Positions 1-9,603 of a stretch of 64,000 nt of DNA are shown here, one piece after another. The stretch's first letter is position 1; each line of letters starts with the position of its first letter. The position numbers were made by a program, and so were the translations under genes. Source of the stretch: Berkelbacteria bacterium GW2011_GWA2_35_9 (GTDB lineage: Bacteria; Patescibacteriota; UBA1384; GWA2-35-9); NCBI GenBank assembly GCA_000991185.1, contig LBRB01000001.1, positions 4,080-68,079 on the forward strand. Reading direction: 5' to 3'. The notes beneath the pieces are model-generated. The model did not search any database and was not told the DNA's origin. It saw only the letters and a program-made list of their open reading frames with translations.

Positions 1-99
1 CCTGTTTCAAACTTAATTTGGTCGCTAAAATATAACCAAGTCGGGTTAATTAATATTTTAAAACAAATAAAAAAATAATTATAATTTTATAGGAGAAAT

Positions 100-501
100 A
101 TGTCAGAAGAAAAAAAGGAAAAATCAAAGTTTGAAGATCTAATCAAAAAGATCGAAGAATTATCAGTCAAGGATTTGGCTGAATTGGTTAAGGAATTAGA
201 AGAAAGATTTGGGGTTTCAGCAATGGCTCCAGTTGCCGTTGCAGGAACAGGCGCAACTGCAGAAGTAAGCGCTGATGATGATAAAAAAGCAGAATATACC
301 ATACATTTGAAGGATGCAGGCGTTCAAAAGATTGCTGTTATTAAGGCGATCAGAGAAGTTAGACCGGATTTAGGATTAAAAGAAGCTAAAGATTTAGCTG
401 ATGGCGCACCAAAAGACATTAAAGAGAGTGTTCCAGCCGAAGAAGCTGAAGATGCTAAAAAGAAATTTACCGAAGCTGGCGCAACAGTTGAGCTAAAGTA
501 A
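100..501 (+). CDS. rplL: 50S ribosomal protein L7/L12
   Basis: 133 aa; N-terminal dimerisation helix, Ala/Gly hinge (MAPVAVAGTGA), C-terminal EAKDLADGAPKDIKE...AGATVELK typical of L7/L12; RBS taggaga upstream. Confidence 0.95.
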   Translation: MSEEKKEKSKFEDLIKKIEELSVKDLAELVKELEERFGVSAMAPVAVAGTGATAEVSADDDKKAEYTIHLKDAGVQKIAVIKAIREVRPDLGLKEAKDLADGAPKDIKESVPAEEAEDAKKKFTEAGATVELK

Positions 502-525
502 CCATTTTTTTATTACTTAATCCAA

Positions 526-552
526 ATATGCACGTTCCTGGAATGTGCATAT
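526..552 (+). terminator. Hairpin atatgcac-N11-gtgcatat followed by T-rich tract; candidate rplL terminator
   Basis: 8-bp perfect inverted repeat seen directly; weak U-tract. Confidence 0.45.
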
Positions 553-631
553 TTGTGACTGTTTAATTTCTCTAAATTATTTGCTAAAATAGAATAGTCA
601 ATCGATTAATATAATAGAGGGAAGTGTTCTT

Positions 632-976
632 ATGAATTTGGGTGTAATTAAAAAAGCTGAGGCTCCTTTATCGACGGGTGAAGAAATTAATCAATCTCAG
701 GGTGGAGATGTTGAAATTAAACCTGGTGTTGATATAGCTGAAAAACCAAAAGATGAAGAGGTAAAGAGTGATATTTTTTCAAAAGATGAAGATAATTCTG
801 GTTTATCTGCAGAATTTACTAATCAAAATCAGATAATTGATGCAAGTAATCCTGACATTGATGAAGTAAAAAAACCAGCTGTTGATCTTGAAAAAGCGGG
901 AAAAATGGTTTTTGGAAATAATGAAATAAATGATTTTAAGGATTTTGCTGATAAATTTAATCAAATAGTTTACTAA
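632..976 (+). CDS. Small acidic hypothetical protein (114 aa), translationally coupled to downstream ATPase
   Basis: ORF with RBS-like agaggga; stop TAA overlaps next ATG (TAATG at 974-978); Asp/Glu/Lys-rich, low complexity; no recognisable domain. Confidence 0.5.
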   Translation: MNLGVIKKAEAPLSTGEEINQSQGGDVEIKPGVDIAEKPKDEEVKSDIFSKDEDNSGLSAEFTNQNQIIDASNPDIDEVKKPAVDLEKAGKMVFGNNEINDFKDFADKFNQIVY

Positions 977-3459
977 TGCCTGAGATATTTTTAATTGGAT
1001 TAATTTTAGGAATAGCCATTCTTGGTTTCAGTTTTTACAGTCATAATAAAGAGAAAATTAAGTTTGTGACAACTATCACTAATATTGTGACTTTTAAAAT
1101 TATCGTTCCCAAGGAAACAATTCGTAAAGAAGACTCGAGCGCTAGTGATAGCGCTAAAGATTTCAAAGAAGCAATTGCACCGATGGAACAATTTTTTTCA
1201 GCGATTTCATCAGTATTTGAACGAGAAATTGTTAAAGATTATGCCAATATTCAAGATGTGATTAGTCTGGAAATTGTTGCCAAAGATAATTTAATTTGTT
1301 TCTATTTAACCTGCCCAGCAGATCATTCGGAAATGATAAAAAGACAAATTTTAGCTTATTATCCATACGCAGTTCTCGATGTCGTTCCAAATCACAATAT
1401 TTTTGATATTCAAGGCAATGAAAATCAATTTGTTTCTTGTGCCGGTCTACGAGCTAACAAGCGTTTTATCTATCCGATAAAAACTTATAAAAATTTAGAT
1501 GTTGATGCGCTTAATGGTTTGACAAATTCAATTTCAAAACTTGGGATGCATTCATCGGTTGCAATACAAATTCAAATCAAACCGATTAGCGATCGCTGGA
1601 GGATCTATCCCGCTTTAGCGGCAAGAGAGGTTTTGGAAGGCAAAACTAACTATATTCACAGTAATTGGAAAACACGATTTTTGAATCAAGCTCAAGAAAT
1701 GGTTTTGAATTCAATTGCAAAAAGTAGTAGTAAGGATGGGGGAGCGTCGGGAGGAAAAAGTTGGCGTCAAACACCAGTTCAGGAAGACTTAATGAAAGCC
1801 TTTAACGAAAAAGCTAGCAAACCGGGTTTTAAAACTTATATAAGAATAGTCTCAGTTTCGAACGAAAAATCAGTCGCTGAAAGTCATCGAGAAAATATTA
1901 TCTCAAGTTTTTCTCAATTCAATGCCCCGGCTTGGAATAGTTTTATACCAATCCGATATACCATTAATAATTACCGAGTTGTAAAAAATTTCATATTGAG
2001 AATTTTTGAGAATAAGCACTCAATGATATTAAATAGTGAAGAAATTGCTTCTATTTTTCACTTGCCAACCCGTTTTGTTGAAACACCGAATATCCAGTGG
2101 TTGCAGTCAAGAACTTTACCAGCACCAGCTAATTTGCCAACTGAAGGTATTATTATCGGCGAATCAATTCATCGAGGTGAAAAAGTTCCAGTTAAAATTA
2201 AAGATGAAGATCGACGCCGACACATTTTTATGATTGGAAAAACCGGTGTTGGTAAAACAACATTGTTTGAAAATATGGTTGATCAAGATATCCGAAATGG
2301 CAAAGGGATTGCATATTTGGACCCAAACGGTGATGCGGTTCAGTCAATATTGGAGAAAATCCCTAAAGAAAGAGCCGAAGATGTTATCTATTTCGATCCA
2401 GCTAATACTGAAAACCCGATGGGTTTAAATTTACTTGAGTGGGACAATGATGAAGAAAAAGATTTCTTAATTGCTGAATGGCTTGAAATGTTTTATAAGC
2501 TTTACGATCCAAATAAGACTGGAATAATTGGACCACAGTTTGAACATTGGGGAAGAAATGCCGCCCTGACCGTGATGAGTCTTCCCGAAGGTGGAACCTT
2601 AATCGATATACCAAGACTTTTTACCGATGATCAATTTCGGGAACGAGCGATTAAAAGTGTTCAAGATCCTATTGTTAAAGCTTTTTGGCAAGAACAATTA
2701 GCCAAAACTGCCGATTTTCATAAATCAGAAATGTACAATTATTTTATATCTAAATTCGGACGATTTATGACTAATAAAATGATGCGCAATATTATTGGTC
2801 AATCAAAAAGTGCTTTTGATCTTAGAAAAATTATGGATGAGGGAAAAATATTACTAGTCAATTTGTCAAAAGGTGAGTTAGGCGAAATGAATTCTTACCT
2901 TTTAGGTATGGTTTTAGTTTCAAAAATTCAGTCGGCAGCTTTTTCAAGAGCTAATATTCCTGAGGCGGAAAGAAAAGATTTTTATCTGTACGTGGATGAG
3001 TTTCAAAACTTTACGACCGATAGCTTTGCGACAATTTTATCGGAGGCAAGAAAATATCGATTGTCGCTAAATGTAACTAATCAATACATTGCGCAATTAA
3101 CTGAAAAGATTAGAGACGCTGTTGTTGGAAATGCCGGTACATTAATTTGTTACCGTATTGGAGCCGGCGATGCGGAATATATGGTTAAAGAATTTCCTAG
3201 CGTAACGATTGACGATATGGTGAATTTAGATAAATATACAACCTATACAAAATTGTTGATCGATTTAACGCCATCAAAACCGTTTACTATGCATGGCGTT
3301 TTAAGTCCAATAGAAAAAAATCAAGCGATGAGGGAAGCAATTGTACAATTATCAAATTTGAAATATACTCATACTAAGAGTGAGGTTGAAAAATTACTTG
3401 ATAAAAGATATAAAAAAGAAAATATTGATAAAGAGAGCGGTATTAATGTTTTAGAGTAA
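976..3459 (+). CDS. Membrane-anchored P-loop ATPase, TraG/VirD4/TrwB-like (FtsK-HerA superfamily), paralog 1
   Basis: 827 aa; N-terminal TM helix (IFLIGLILGIAILGFSF). Large N-domain with motif EEIASIFHLP. Walker A FMIGKTGVGKTT, DPNGDA, Walker B YLYVDEFQNF, ARKYRLSL, TNQYIAQL. Confidence 0.6.
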   Translation: MPEIFLIGLILGIAILGFSFYSHNKEKIKFVTTITNIVTFKIIVPKETIRKEDSSASDSAKDFKEAIAPMEQFFSAISSVFEREIVKDYANIQDVISLEIVAKDNLICFYLTCPADHSEMIKRQILAYYPYAVLDVVPNHNIFDIQGNENQFVSCAGLRANKRFIYPIKTYKNLDVDALNGLTNSISKLGMHSSVAIQIQIKPISDRWRIYPALAAREVLEGKTNYIHSNWKTRFLNQAQEMVLNSIAKSSSKDGGASGGKSWRQTPVQEDLMKAFNEKASKPGFKTYIRIVSVSNEKSVAESHRENIISSFSQFNAPAWNSFIPIRYTINNYRVVKNFILRIFENKHSMILNSEEIASIFHLPTRFVETPNIQWLQSRTLPAPANLPTEGIIIGESIHRGEKVPVKIKDEDRRRHIFMIGKTGVGKTTLFENMVDQDIRNGKGIAYLDPNGDAVQSILEKIPKERAEDVIYFDPANTENPMGLNLLEWDNDEEKDFLIAEWLEMFYKLYDPNKTGIIGPQFEHWGRNAALTVMSLPEGGTLIDIPRLFTDDQFRERAIKSVQDPIVKAFWQEQLAKTADFHKSEMYNYFISKFGRFMTNKMMRNIIGQSKSAFDLRKIMDEGKILLVNLSKGELGEMNSYLLGMVLVSKIQSAAFSRANIPEAERKDFYLYVDEFQNFTTDSFATILSEARKYRLSLNVTNQYIAQLTEKIRDAVVGNAGTLICYRIGAGDAEYMVKEFPSVTIDDMVNLDKYTTYTKLLIDLTPSKPFTMHGVLSPIEKNQAMREAIVQLSNLKYTHTKSEVEKLLDKRYKKENIDKESGINVLE

Positions 3460-3462
3460 ATT

Positions 3463-6129
3463 ATGCCATTTTTAACTATAGTAATCATTGCTTTAATCGT
3501 TTATGTCAGTATAATTGGCATCGGGATTTTGTGGTGGATGATAATTAAAAATAATCGATCCATTAGTCAAACAGATGACAAAAAATATATATTGCTAGAA
3601 ATATTGGTGCCAAAAAATAATGAGAAAGGACCCTTGGCGGCAGAAAGTATGTTTGCGTCAATGCATGGTATTTTTCAGGAAGCAATCGAAAGTCAAGAGA
3701 AATTAAGTTTTGAAATAGCCTCTAAGGGAAAATTTATTATTTTTTATGCTCATATTCCAGCCCATCTAAAAGATTTTATTGAAGGACAAATTTACTCGCA
3801 ATATCCAACTGTCGAAATATCGGAGGTTAAGGATTATGCATCGGTTGTTATGCGAGATCCAAACCAAAAAGCGATTGTAGGAACTGAATTAAAGTTAAAT
3901 AAAGATTATGTTTTTCCAATAAAAACCTTTTTAAATTTTGAGGTTGATCCGTTATCTAGTATTACTGGAATGTTATCTAAGATTGAAGAAGGGGAGCAAT
4001 TATGGATTCAGATAATTGTTCAGCCAATTGCTGATGATTGGCAAGATAGGGGAGTTAAATATGTTAAATCGGTTAAAGAGACTGGCAAAGGACCAGAAAG
4101 TTTAGAATTTAAAAAAGAATTAAAAAAAAGATTATCCAGTCTATCAAAAGATTTGGCTCAAAGTGCAAAAGGAGTATTTGCCTCGTCATCTGATAGTGCG
4201 TCCAAAGATTCTGGGGGGAAAGATATCGTTTTACCAGGTCCAGTTGAGGCTGCGTTATCAGGTATTAATGAAAAGATTACTAAGCTTGGGTTTTTGACGA
4301 CCATTCGGATAGTGTGTATTTCGAACGATGAAGAATTGTCAAAAAATAAACTCAATGGTTTAGTCGGAGCATTCAAACAATTCAATACAGTCAATTTAAA
4401 TGGTTTTGGAATAAAAGAAATTTTATCTGGTCAGGAAATATTGGAAGAATATATACTACGAAAAACAAATGTCAACGCTTTTGTTCTAAATATTGAAGAA
4501 TTAGCATCGATTTATCATTTGCCGAACATATCGGTTGAAACTCCTTTAATTAGTTGGGCAGGAAGCAAAAAAGGTGAACCACCATCTAATTTGCCAATAA
4601 AAAGCGAAGGGGAAAAGAATATCGTCCCGATTGGAGAAACAAATTTTAGAAATTATCGAATGCAATTTGGGATTAAACAAAAAGATAGGCGATTACACAT
4701 ATATACGATTGGAAAAACCGGAACTGGTAAATCAACGATGCTTGAAAATATGATAATTGATGATATTTTATCGGGAAGAGGAGTGGCTGTAGTTGATCCG
4801 CACGGGGATTTAATTGATCATGTTTTAGAATTTGTGCCGGACAGTCGGATTGATGATGTAGTCTATTTCTCTCCAGCCGATCGAGAGTATCCTGTTGGGT
4901 TTAATCTGCTTGAAAATGTTGATCCTGATTTAAAAAATGTAGTTGCCTCCGGAGTTGTTGGAATATTCAAAAAAATCTTTGGAGAATCATGGGGTCCAAG
5001 ATTAGAGTATATACTCAGAAATGCAGTTTTATCGCTTTTGGATTATCCAGATGCGACGATGCTTGAAATAATTAAAATTTTAATTGATAAAAGTTTTCGC
5101 AAAAAAGTATTAGAGTACGTAAAAGACCCAGTACTATTAGATTTTTGGTTAAACGAATATGATAAATATGATCAAAAATTTAGAACTGAAGCAGTAGCGC
5201 CTATTCAAAACAAGGTCGGACAATTTTTATCAACTACTACTATTCGAAATATAGTTGGGCAGCCGGAATCAACAATTAATTTGAATAATATAATGGATGA
5301 AAGAAAAATTTTATTAATTGATTTATCAATTGGAAAAATAGGGGAGGATACAGCCGCTTTGTTAGGGTCAATGATGATTACAAAAATTCAGCTCTCAGCT
5401 ATGCAAAGAGCTCATATTTCAGAAGCAGAAAGAGTTGATTTTTATTTGTATGTTGATGAGTTCCAAAACTTTGCAACTGATAGTTTTGCGACTATACTTT
5501 CAGAAGCTAGAAAATATCATTTAAATTTAGTGATGACCAATCAATACATAGCTCAGATGCCTGAGATTGTCAAAGAAGCGATATTTGGAAATGTGGGAAC
5601 ATTGATATCATTCAGGGTTGGAGCAGGAGATAGTGAAGCGTTGGTTAAAGAGTTTGAACCAATTTTTGATTCTAACGATTTGGTTAATTTAGCCAATTAC
5701 AATATTTATGTAAAAATGGCGATTGATGGAGTAACATCACCGGCATTCTCGGCAGTTTCATTGGCGCCAAAAAAAGAAGGTTATCATAATCGAGATAAAA
5801 TTATTAATCGTTCACGGGAACAATATGCTAAATCGAGAGAAGAAGTTGAACAAAGACAATCGGATGTTTCAGGACATTTTGATGATGACCAAAATGTTTC
5901 AGACAAGTCAAAAGGAAATAAAATAACTAAAATTGATGATAATATATACCAACAGGATGGTGAAACATTCTTTAATGATGACAAAGGAAACAGATGGTAC
6001 ATACAAAGTAAGACCAAAGACCAAAGATCAAAGACCAAAAAATTACCAAAAGAAGAGAAAATAAATACAATTACAGAGGATAAAATTGATCTTGAAAATG
6101 ACTTGTTGCTACCACTCGATAAATTGTAA
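3463..6129 (+). CDS. Membrane-anchored P-loop ATPase, TraG/VirD4/TrwB-like, paralog 2, with Lys/Asp-rich C-terminal tail
   Basis: 888 aa; 4-nt spacing to upstream gene. Same architecture: TM helix, N-domain motif EELASIYHLP, Walker A YTIGKTGTGKST, DPHGD, YLYVDEFQNF, ARKYHLNL, TNQYIAQM. Low-complexity K/D/Q-rich C-terminus. Confidence 0.6.
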   Translation: MPFLTIVIIALIVYVSIIGIGILWWMIIKNNRSISQTDDKKYILLEILVPKNNEKGPLAAESMFASMHGIFQEAIESQEKLSFEIASKGKFIIFYAHIPAHLKDFIEGQIYSQYPTVEISEVKDYASVVMRDPNQKAIVGTELKLNKDYVFPIKTFLNFEVDPLSSITGMLSKIEEGEQLWIQIIVQPIADDWQDRGVKYVKSVKETGKGPESLEFKKELKKRLSSLSKDLAQSAKGVFASSSDSASKDSGGKDIVLPGPVEAALSGINEKITKLGFLTTIRIVCISNDEELSKNKLNGLVGAFKQFNTVNLNGFGIKEILSGQEILEEYILRKTNVNAFVLNIEELASIYHLPNISVETPLISWAGSKKGEPPSNLPIKSEGEKNIVPIGETNFRNYRMQFGIKQKDRRLHIYTIGKTGTGKSTMLENMIIDDILSGRGVAVVDPHGDLIDHVLEFVPDSRIDDVVYFSPADREYPVGFNLLENVDPDLKNVVASGVVGIFKKIFGESWGPRLEYILRNAVLSLLDYPDATMLEIIKILIDKSFRKKVLEYVKDPVLLDFWLNEYDKYDQKFRTEAVAPIQNKVGQFLSTTTIRNIVGQPESTINLNNIMDERKILLIDLSIGKIGEDTAALLGSMMITKIQLSAMQRAHISEAERVDFYLYVDEFQNFATDSFATILSEARKYHLNLVMTNQYIAQMPEIVKEAIFGNVGTLISFRVGAGDSEALVKEFEPIFDSNDLVNLANYNIYVKMAIDGVTSPAFSAVSLAPKKEGYHNRDKIINRSREQYAKSREEVEQRQSDVSGHFDDDQNVSDKSKGNKITKIDDNIYQQDGETFFNDDKGNRWYIQSKTKDQRSKTKKLPKEEKINTITEDKIDLENDLLLPLDKL

Positions 6130-6194
6130 TAATACCCTGAAAAAATCACTACTTTCGGGGGAGAGGTGAAAAAATCGGGGGAGTGCTCGAAAAA

Positions 6195-6229
6195 GATAAA
6201 AGATTAAAGATAAAAGATAAAAGATTAAA
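6195..6229. repeat. Tandem heptamer repeat GAT(A/T)AAA x5 inside a 535-bp AT-rich non-coding convergent intergenic region
   Basis: gataaaagattaaagataaaagataaaagattaaag seen directly. Confidence 0.5.
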
Positions 6230-6664
6230 GATGAGGTTGGGTCGGGAAAAGAGAGAAATTGCACGAAAAAAAATAATCCTAAAAATTACCAATTTTGAGT
6301 AGGTGAGTACTAATTGTGGATAAAAATACTAAGACGCACAATGGAACTTGTGCGACTTAGTTATATCAAATTTAACAATACGATCAGTCGCTATGTGCTT
6401 ATGTGCGTTGGTAGCTTAAATATATATACAATTATAAATATACATATTTCAACACGAATTATCTTAGATTATATTTGTCTCTATTTTTTACATTCACAGT
6501 ATGACTATATTTGATAATTACCTACTATTTGAGTACTCCTAACAGGTAAAAAACCGCAAATTTGCGATATAAGCAATGATTTTATTATTGATGATAAATT
6601 ACTCGTAAAATATAAAAAAAATTACACAATAATTTGCATATGCAATATGTAAAAATAAAAAAAA

Positions 6665-7552
6665 TTAATTTAGAGGTCGCTTATTGTGCCAAATTACAAT
6701 TAAACTTGCAGCGATAAAAATTGATGAATAAGTACCAATAATAATACCAAATAGTAAAGTAAATATAAAATGTTGTAATGTATTACCACCCAATACAAAA
6801 AGTGCAGACAGGGCGAATATAAGTGTTAATGATGTACTTAGGGATCTAGCAAGAGTTTGGGTTAATGCATGAGAAGTATTAATATAAAAAGAATTTCTAG
6901 GATTTAAAATGACATTTTCCCGAATACGATCAAAGACAACAATTGTATCATGAACCGAAAATCCCATAACAGTCAATATTGCGGTAATAAATAAACTATC
7001 AACTTCATAATTCAAAAAAATGCCGGAAAAGGCGAATGCGCCGGTGGTTATGAAAATGTCGTGTAAAAGTGCCACCACTGCAATAATACCAAAACGCCAA
7101 GCAGAAACAGAATTTGGTAAATTGCGAAATGCATATGCAATATATAAAATTATTGCAAATGAAGCAAAAATTACTGACAGAATTGCTTTATTCTTCAAAC
7201 TTTCAGAAATAGTTGGTCCAACACTTTCAAAACTAAGTTGCTCACTCTCCCCTATCTTGGACAGGTCGTTAATAATTTCGTCTTTAGTCTTTTCATCAAT
7301 TGTTTTAGTTTTGATAATAAAAACATTGTCCTCAGTAGTTTTACTGATAGTAATTGGCAAATCTCTTTTTTGAAAGACTTCTTTGATATTTTCATTGTTC
7401 TCTATTTTACTTCTCAATTCCAGAACACTTCCACCCGTAAAATCAATCCCAATTTTTAATTTATAAAAACTAAGAACAAAGATTGATGCGATTGTAATAA
7501 GCAGACTAAAATAAATAAAGAGATAACGGAATTTTAAAATATCAAATTTCAT
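6665..7552 (-). CDS. secF: Protein-export membrane protein SecF
   Basis: 295 aa; N-terminus MKFDILKFRYLF..IGIDFTGGSVLELR and C-terminal TM bundle typical of SecF; overlaps secD by 4 nt. Confidence 0.9.
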   Translation of the reverse strand: MKFDILKFRYLFIYFSLLITIASIFVLSFYKLKIGIDFTGGSVLELRSKIENNENIKEVFQKRDLPITISKTTEDNVFIIKTKTIDEKTKDEIINDLSKIGESEQLSFESVGPTISESLKNKAILSVIFASFAIILYIAYAFRNLPNSVSAWRFGIIAVVALLHDIFITTGAFAFSGIFLNYEVDSLFITAILTVMGFSVHDTIVVFDRIRENVILNPRNSFYINTSHALTQTLARSLSTSLTLIFALSALFVLGGNTLQHFIFTLLFGIIIGTYSSIFIAASLIVIWHNKRPLN

Positions 7553-8880
7553 ATCGTTTTTTTAATTTTAATTATTTTAATTTTAGGTAATTTTAATTTG
7601 AAATTAGAAAAAAGCAATAACAGTGTTTGCGAAATAGTTATAGCTGAAAACATTGAAACTAATATTCCAATCAGTAGCGTGATCGCAAACCCTCTAACAA
7701 TTCCGGAACCAAACCAGATTAAAATAATTGAAGTAATTATTGTAGAAAAATTTGAATCACGAATAGATGACCAGGCTCGACGAAAACCTTCTTGAATGGC
7801 TGTAATTTTACCTTTTCCCATCTGACTTTCTTCTTTAGTTCTTTCAAAAATTAAAATATTAGCATCAACTGCTGCTCCAATCGACAGAATTAGTCCAGCA
7901 ATTCCAGCTAATGTAATAGTAACAGGTATTAATTTGAAGACCGCCAATACAATAATTATATAGATAAGTAATGCCAAGGATGCGATCACGCCTGATCCTT
8001 TGTATTGGAAAATCATAAATAATGTTACTAAAATAATTGCTACAAAACTGGCAAAAATACTTTTTGAAATTGATTCATTACCTAATTGCGCCCCAACAGT
8101 TCGTTGCGAAATTAATTCAAGTGGAACTGGCAAAGCGCCCGAGTTAAGTGAAATTGAAAGCGAACGAGCTGAGGTTGCATCAAAATTGCCAGAAATTACA
8201 GCATTACCACCGACAATCGCTTCGTTTACATTAGGAGCAGAAACGATTTCATTATCTAAAATAATTGCGACTGGTTTACCGACATTTCGAGTGGTTATTT
8301 CTTCAAACAATTTAGCACCATCACTATTAAATGAGATCGAAACAACCGGCTCAGATTTAATACCTCCAGCTGAATTTCCTGATCCTCCCCCACCTTGATA
8401 TGTAATAGTAGCATTGGATAAATATTTTCCCGTCAACTCAGTTTTTTTCCATTCCTTAGTTACACCATCTCCATTTTCCCCACCCGATTGTTCTTGAAAT
8501 TCTAGATTAGCAGTTTTGCCGACTAAATCTATTGCTTGATTGATATCTTGAATTCCGGGCAATTCAAGTGTAATAATTTTTTGGTTATTTAATGTTCCAG
8601 CTTGGATTACTGGTTCTGATACACCGAGCGAATCAACCCTCTTTCTAATTACCGAGAGTACACTTTCAGTGGCTTGTTGCTTTTGGTTCTCTTCGGTTTT
8701 TGAAAGATCTAGTTTATAGGTTAATTGACTTCCACCAGCAATATCCAAACCTTTAACCAGATCAATTTTTTTAGTTTCATTTAGTATCTTAATGTTTTTG
8801 TTGTTTGGCTTAACAACAAAAACAGCTAAAAAAGTTATCAGAATAATTAAAAAAACTCGCCACAAAATAATTCTTTTCAT
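7549..8880 (-). CDS. secD: Protein-export membrane protein SecD
   Basis: 443 aa; LDIAGGSQLTYKLD periplasmic-domain motif and C-terminal RND-like TM region; operon with secF. Confidence 0.9.
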   Translation of the reverse strand: MKRIILWRVFLIILITFLAVFVVKPNNKNIKILNETKKIDLVKGLDIAGGSQLTYKLDLSKTEENQKQQATESVLSVIRKRVDSLGVSEPVIQAGTLNNQKIITLELPGIQDINQAIDLVGKTANLEFQEQSGGENGDGVTKEWKKTELTGKYLSNATITYQGGGGSGNSAGGIKSEPVVSISFNSDGAKLFEEITTRNVGKPVAIILDNEIVSAPNVNEAIVGGNAVISGNFDATSARSLSISLNSGALPVPLELISQRTVGAQLGNESISKSIFASFVAIILVTLFMIFQYKGSGVIASLALLIYIIIVLAVFKLIPVTITLAGIAGLILSIGAAVDANILIFERTKEESQMGKGKITAIQEGFRRAWSSIRDSNFSTIITSIILIWFGSGIVRGFAITLLIGILVSMFSAITISQTLLLLFSNFKLKLPKIKIIKIKKTI

Positions 8881-8903
8881 ATTAATAAGATAACAAATAA
8901 TAA

Positions 8904-9590
8904 TTATTTCTCAATAGCTGGACCAATTTTATCAATAATTATTTTTAGATCGGCTGGAAGGTCGGATTGAAAATTAAACAATTTATTTTTATATTTAAAG
9001 CCAATTTTATAGCTATGTAAAAATTGTCTTTCCAATTTTAAACCGTCACTCATTCTTTTCGAATCTTTAAAAAAGTATATCTTATCCCCAATTATAGGAT
9101 GGTGTAAATAATTAGCAGTTAATCTAATTTGGTGTGTTCTGCCACTAAAAATTGAAAATTTAACCAATGAGAAATAATTATTTTTATATTGATAATAATG
9201 TTTTACCCGCCAACTTGTTTTAGAACTTCTTAGATCTCCCCTATTTAATTGCGTTGAGTATTGAGTAATTTTCATTGGTTTTTTTCTTTTCGGATCACGG
9301 GAAATATTCAGTTCAACTTGACCGCTATTTTCTAATTTTCCCCAGACCAAACCCAGATACGACTTGTTAACTTTTCTATCTTTAAAAAGTTTTTGAATTG
9401 TAATAAGTGCAGAATTATTTTTAGCAATTACCATTAATCCAGATGTATCTTTATCTAGCCGATGGATTAAACCATTTCTTTCGATATTATTTTTATTATT
9501 AATTTCATCGGCAATTTCAAAAGATTCAACATTCGGGTGTTTATCAACCATATAAAAATCATTATTTTCGTACTTAATTGAATATTTCAT
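8904..9590 (-). CDS. RluA-family pseudouridine synthase
   Basis: 228 aa; catalytic motif GLIHRLDKDTSGLMVIAKN and HQIRLT motif. Confidence 0.85.
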   Translation of the reverse strand: MKYSIKYENNDFYMVDKHPNVESFEIADEINNKNNIERNGLIHRLDKDTSGLMVIAKNNSALITIQKLFKDRKVNKSYLGLVWGKLENSGQVELNISRDPKRKKPMKITQYSTQLNRGDLRSSKTSWRVKHYYQYKNNYFSLVKFSIFSGRTHQIRLTANYLHHPIIGDKIYFFKDSKRMSDGLKLERQFLHSYKIGFKYKNKLFNFQSDLPADLKIIIDKIGPAIEK

Positions 9591-9603
9591 AATTAGATAT
9601 TGA

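Noticed and set aside
1-35. Possible 3' end of rplJ (frame ending TAA at 33-35)
   Set aside because: Only ~10 codons visible; too short to support.
87-302. 71-aa minus-strand ORF antisense to rplL
   Set aside because: Lies entirely within the well-supported rplL CDS; translation is low-complexity Ser/Ala/Thr from the reverse frame of a GC-biased gene; no RBS.
6195-6229. Short tandem repeats as a possible CRISPR array
   Set aside because: 7-nt units without spacers; no cas genes; not CRISPR.
6314-6514. 66-aa ORF in the long AT-rich spacer
   Set aside because: No RBS, composition typical of AT-rich non-coding DNA, Ile/Tyr/Asn-rich translation; more likely spurious.
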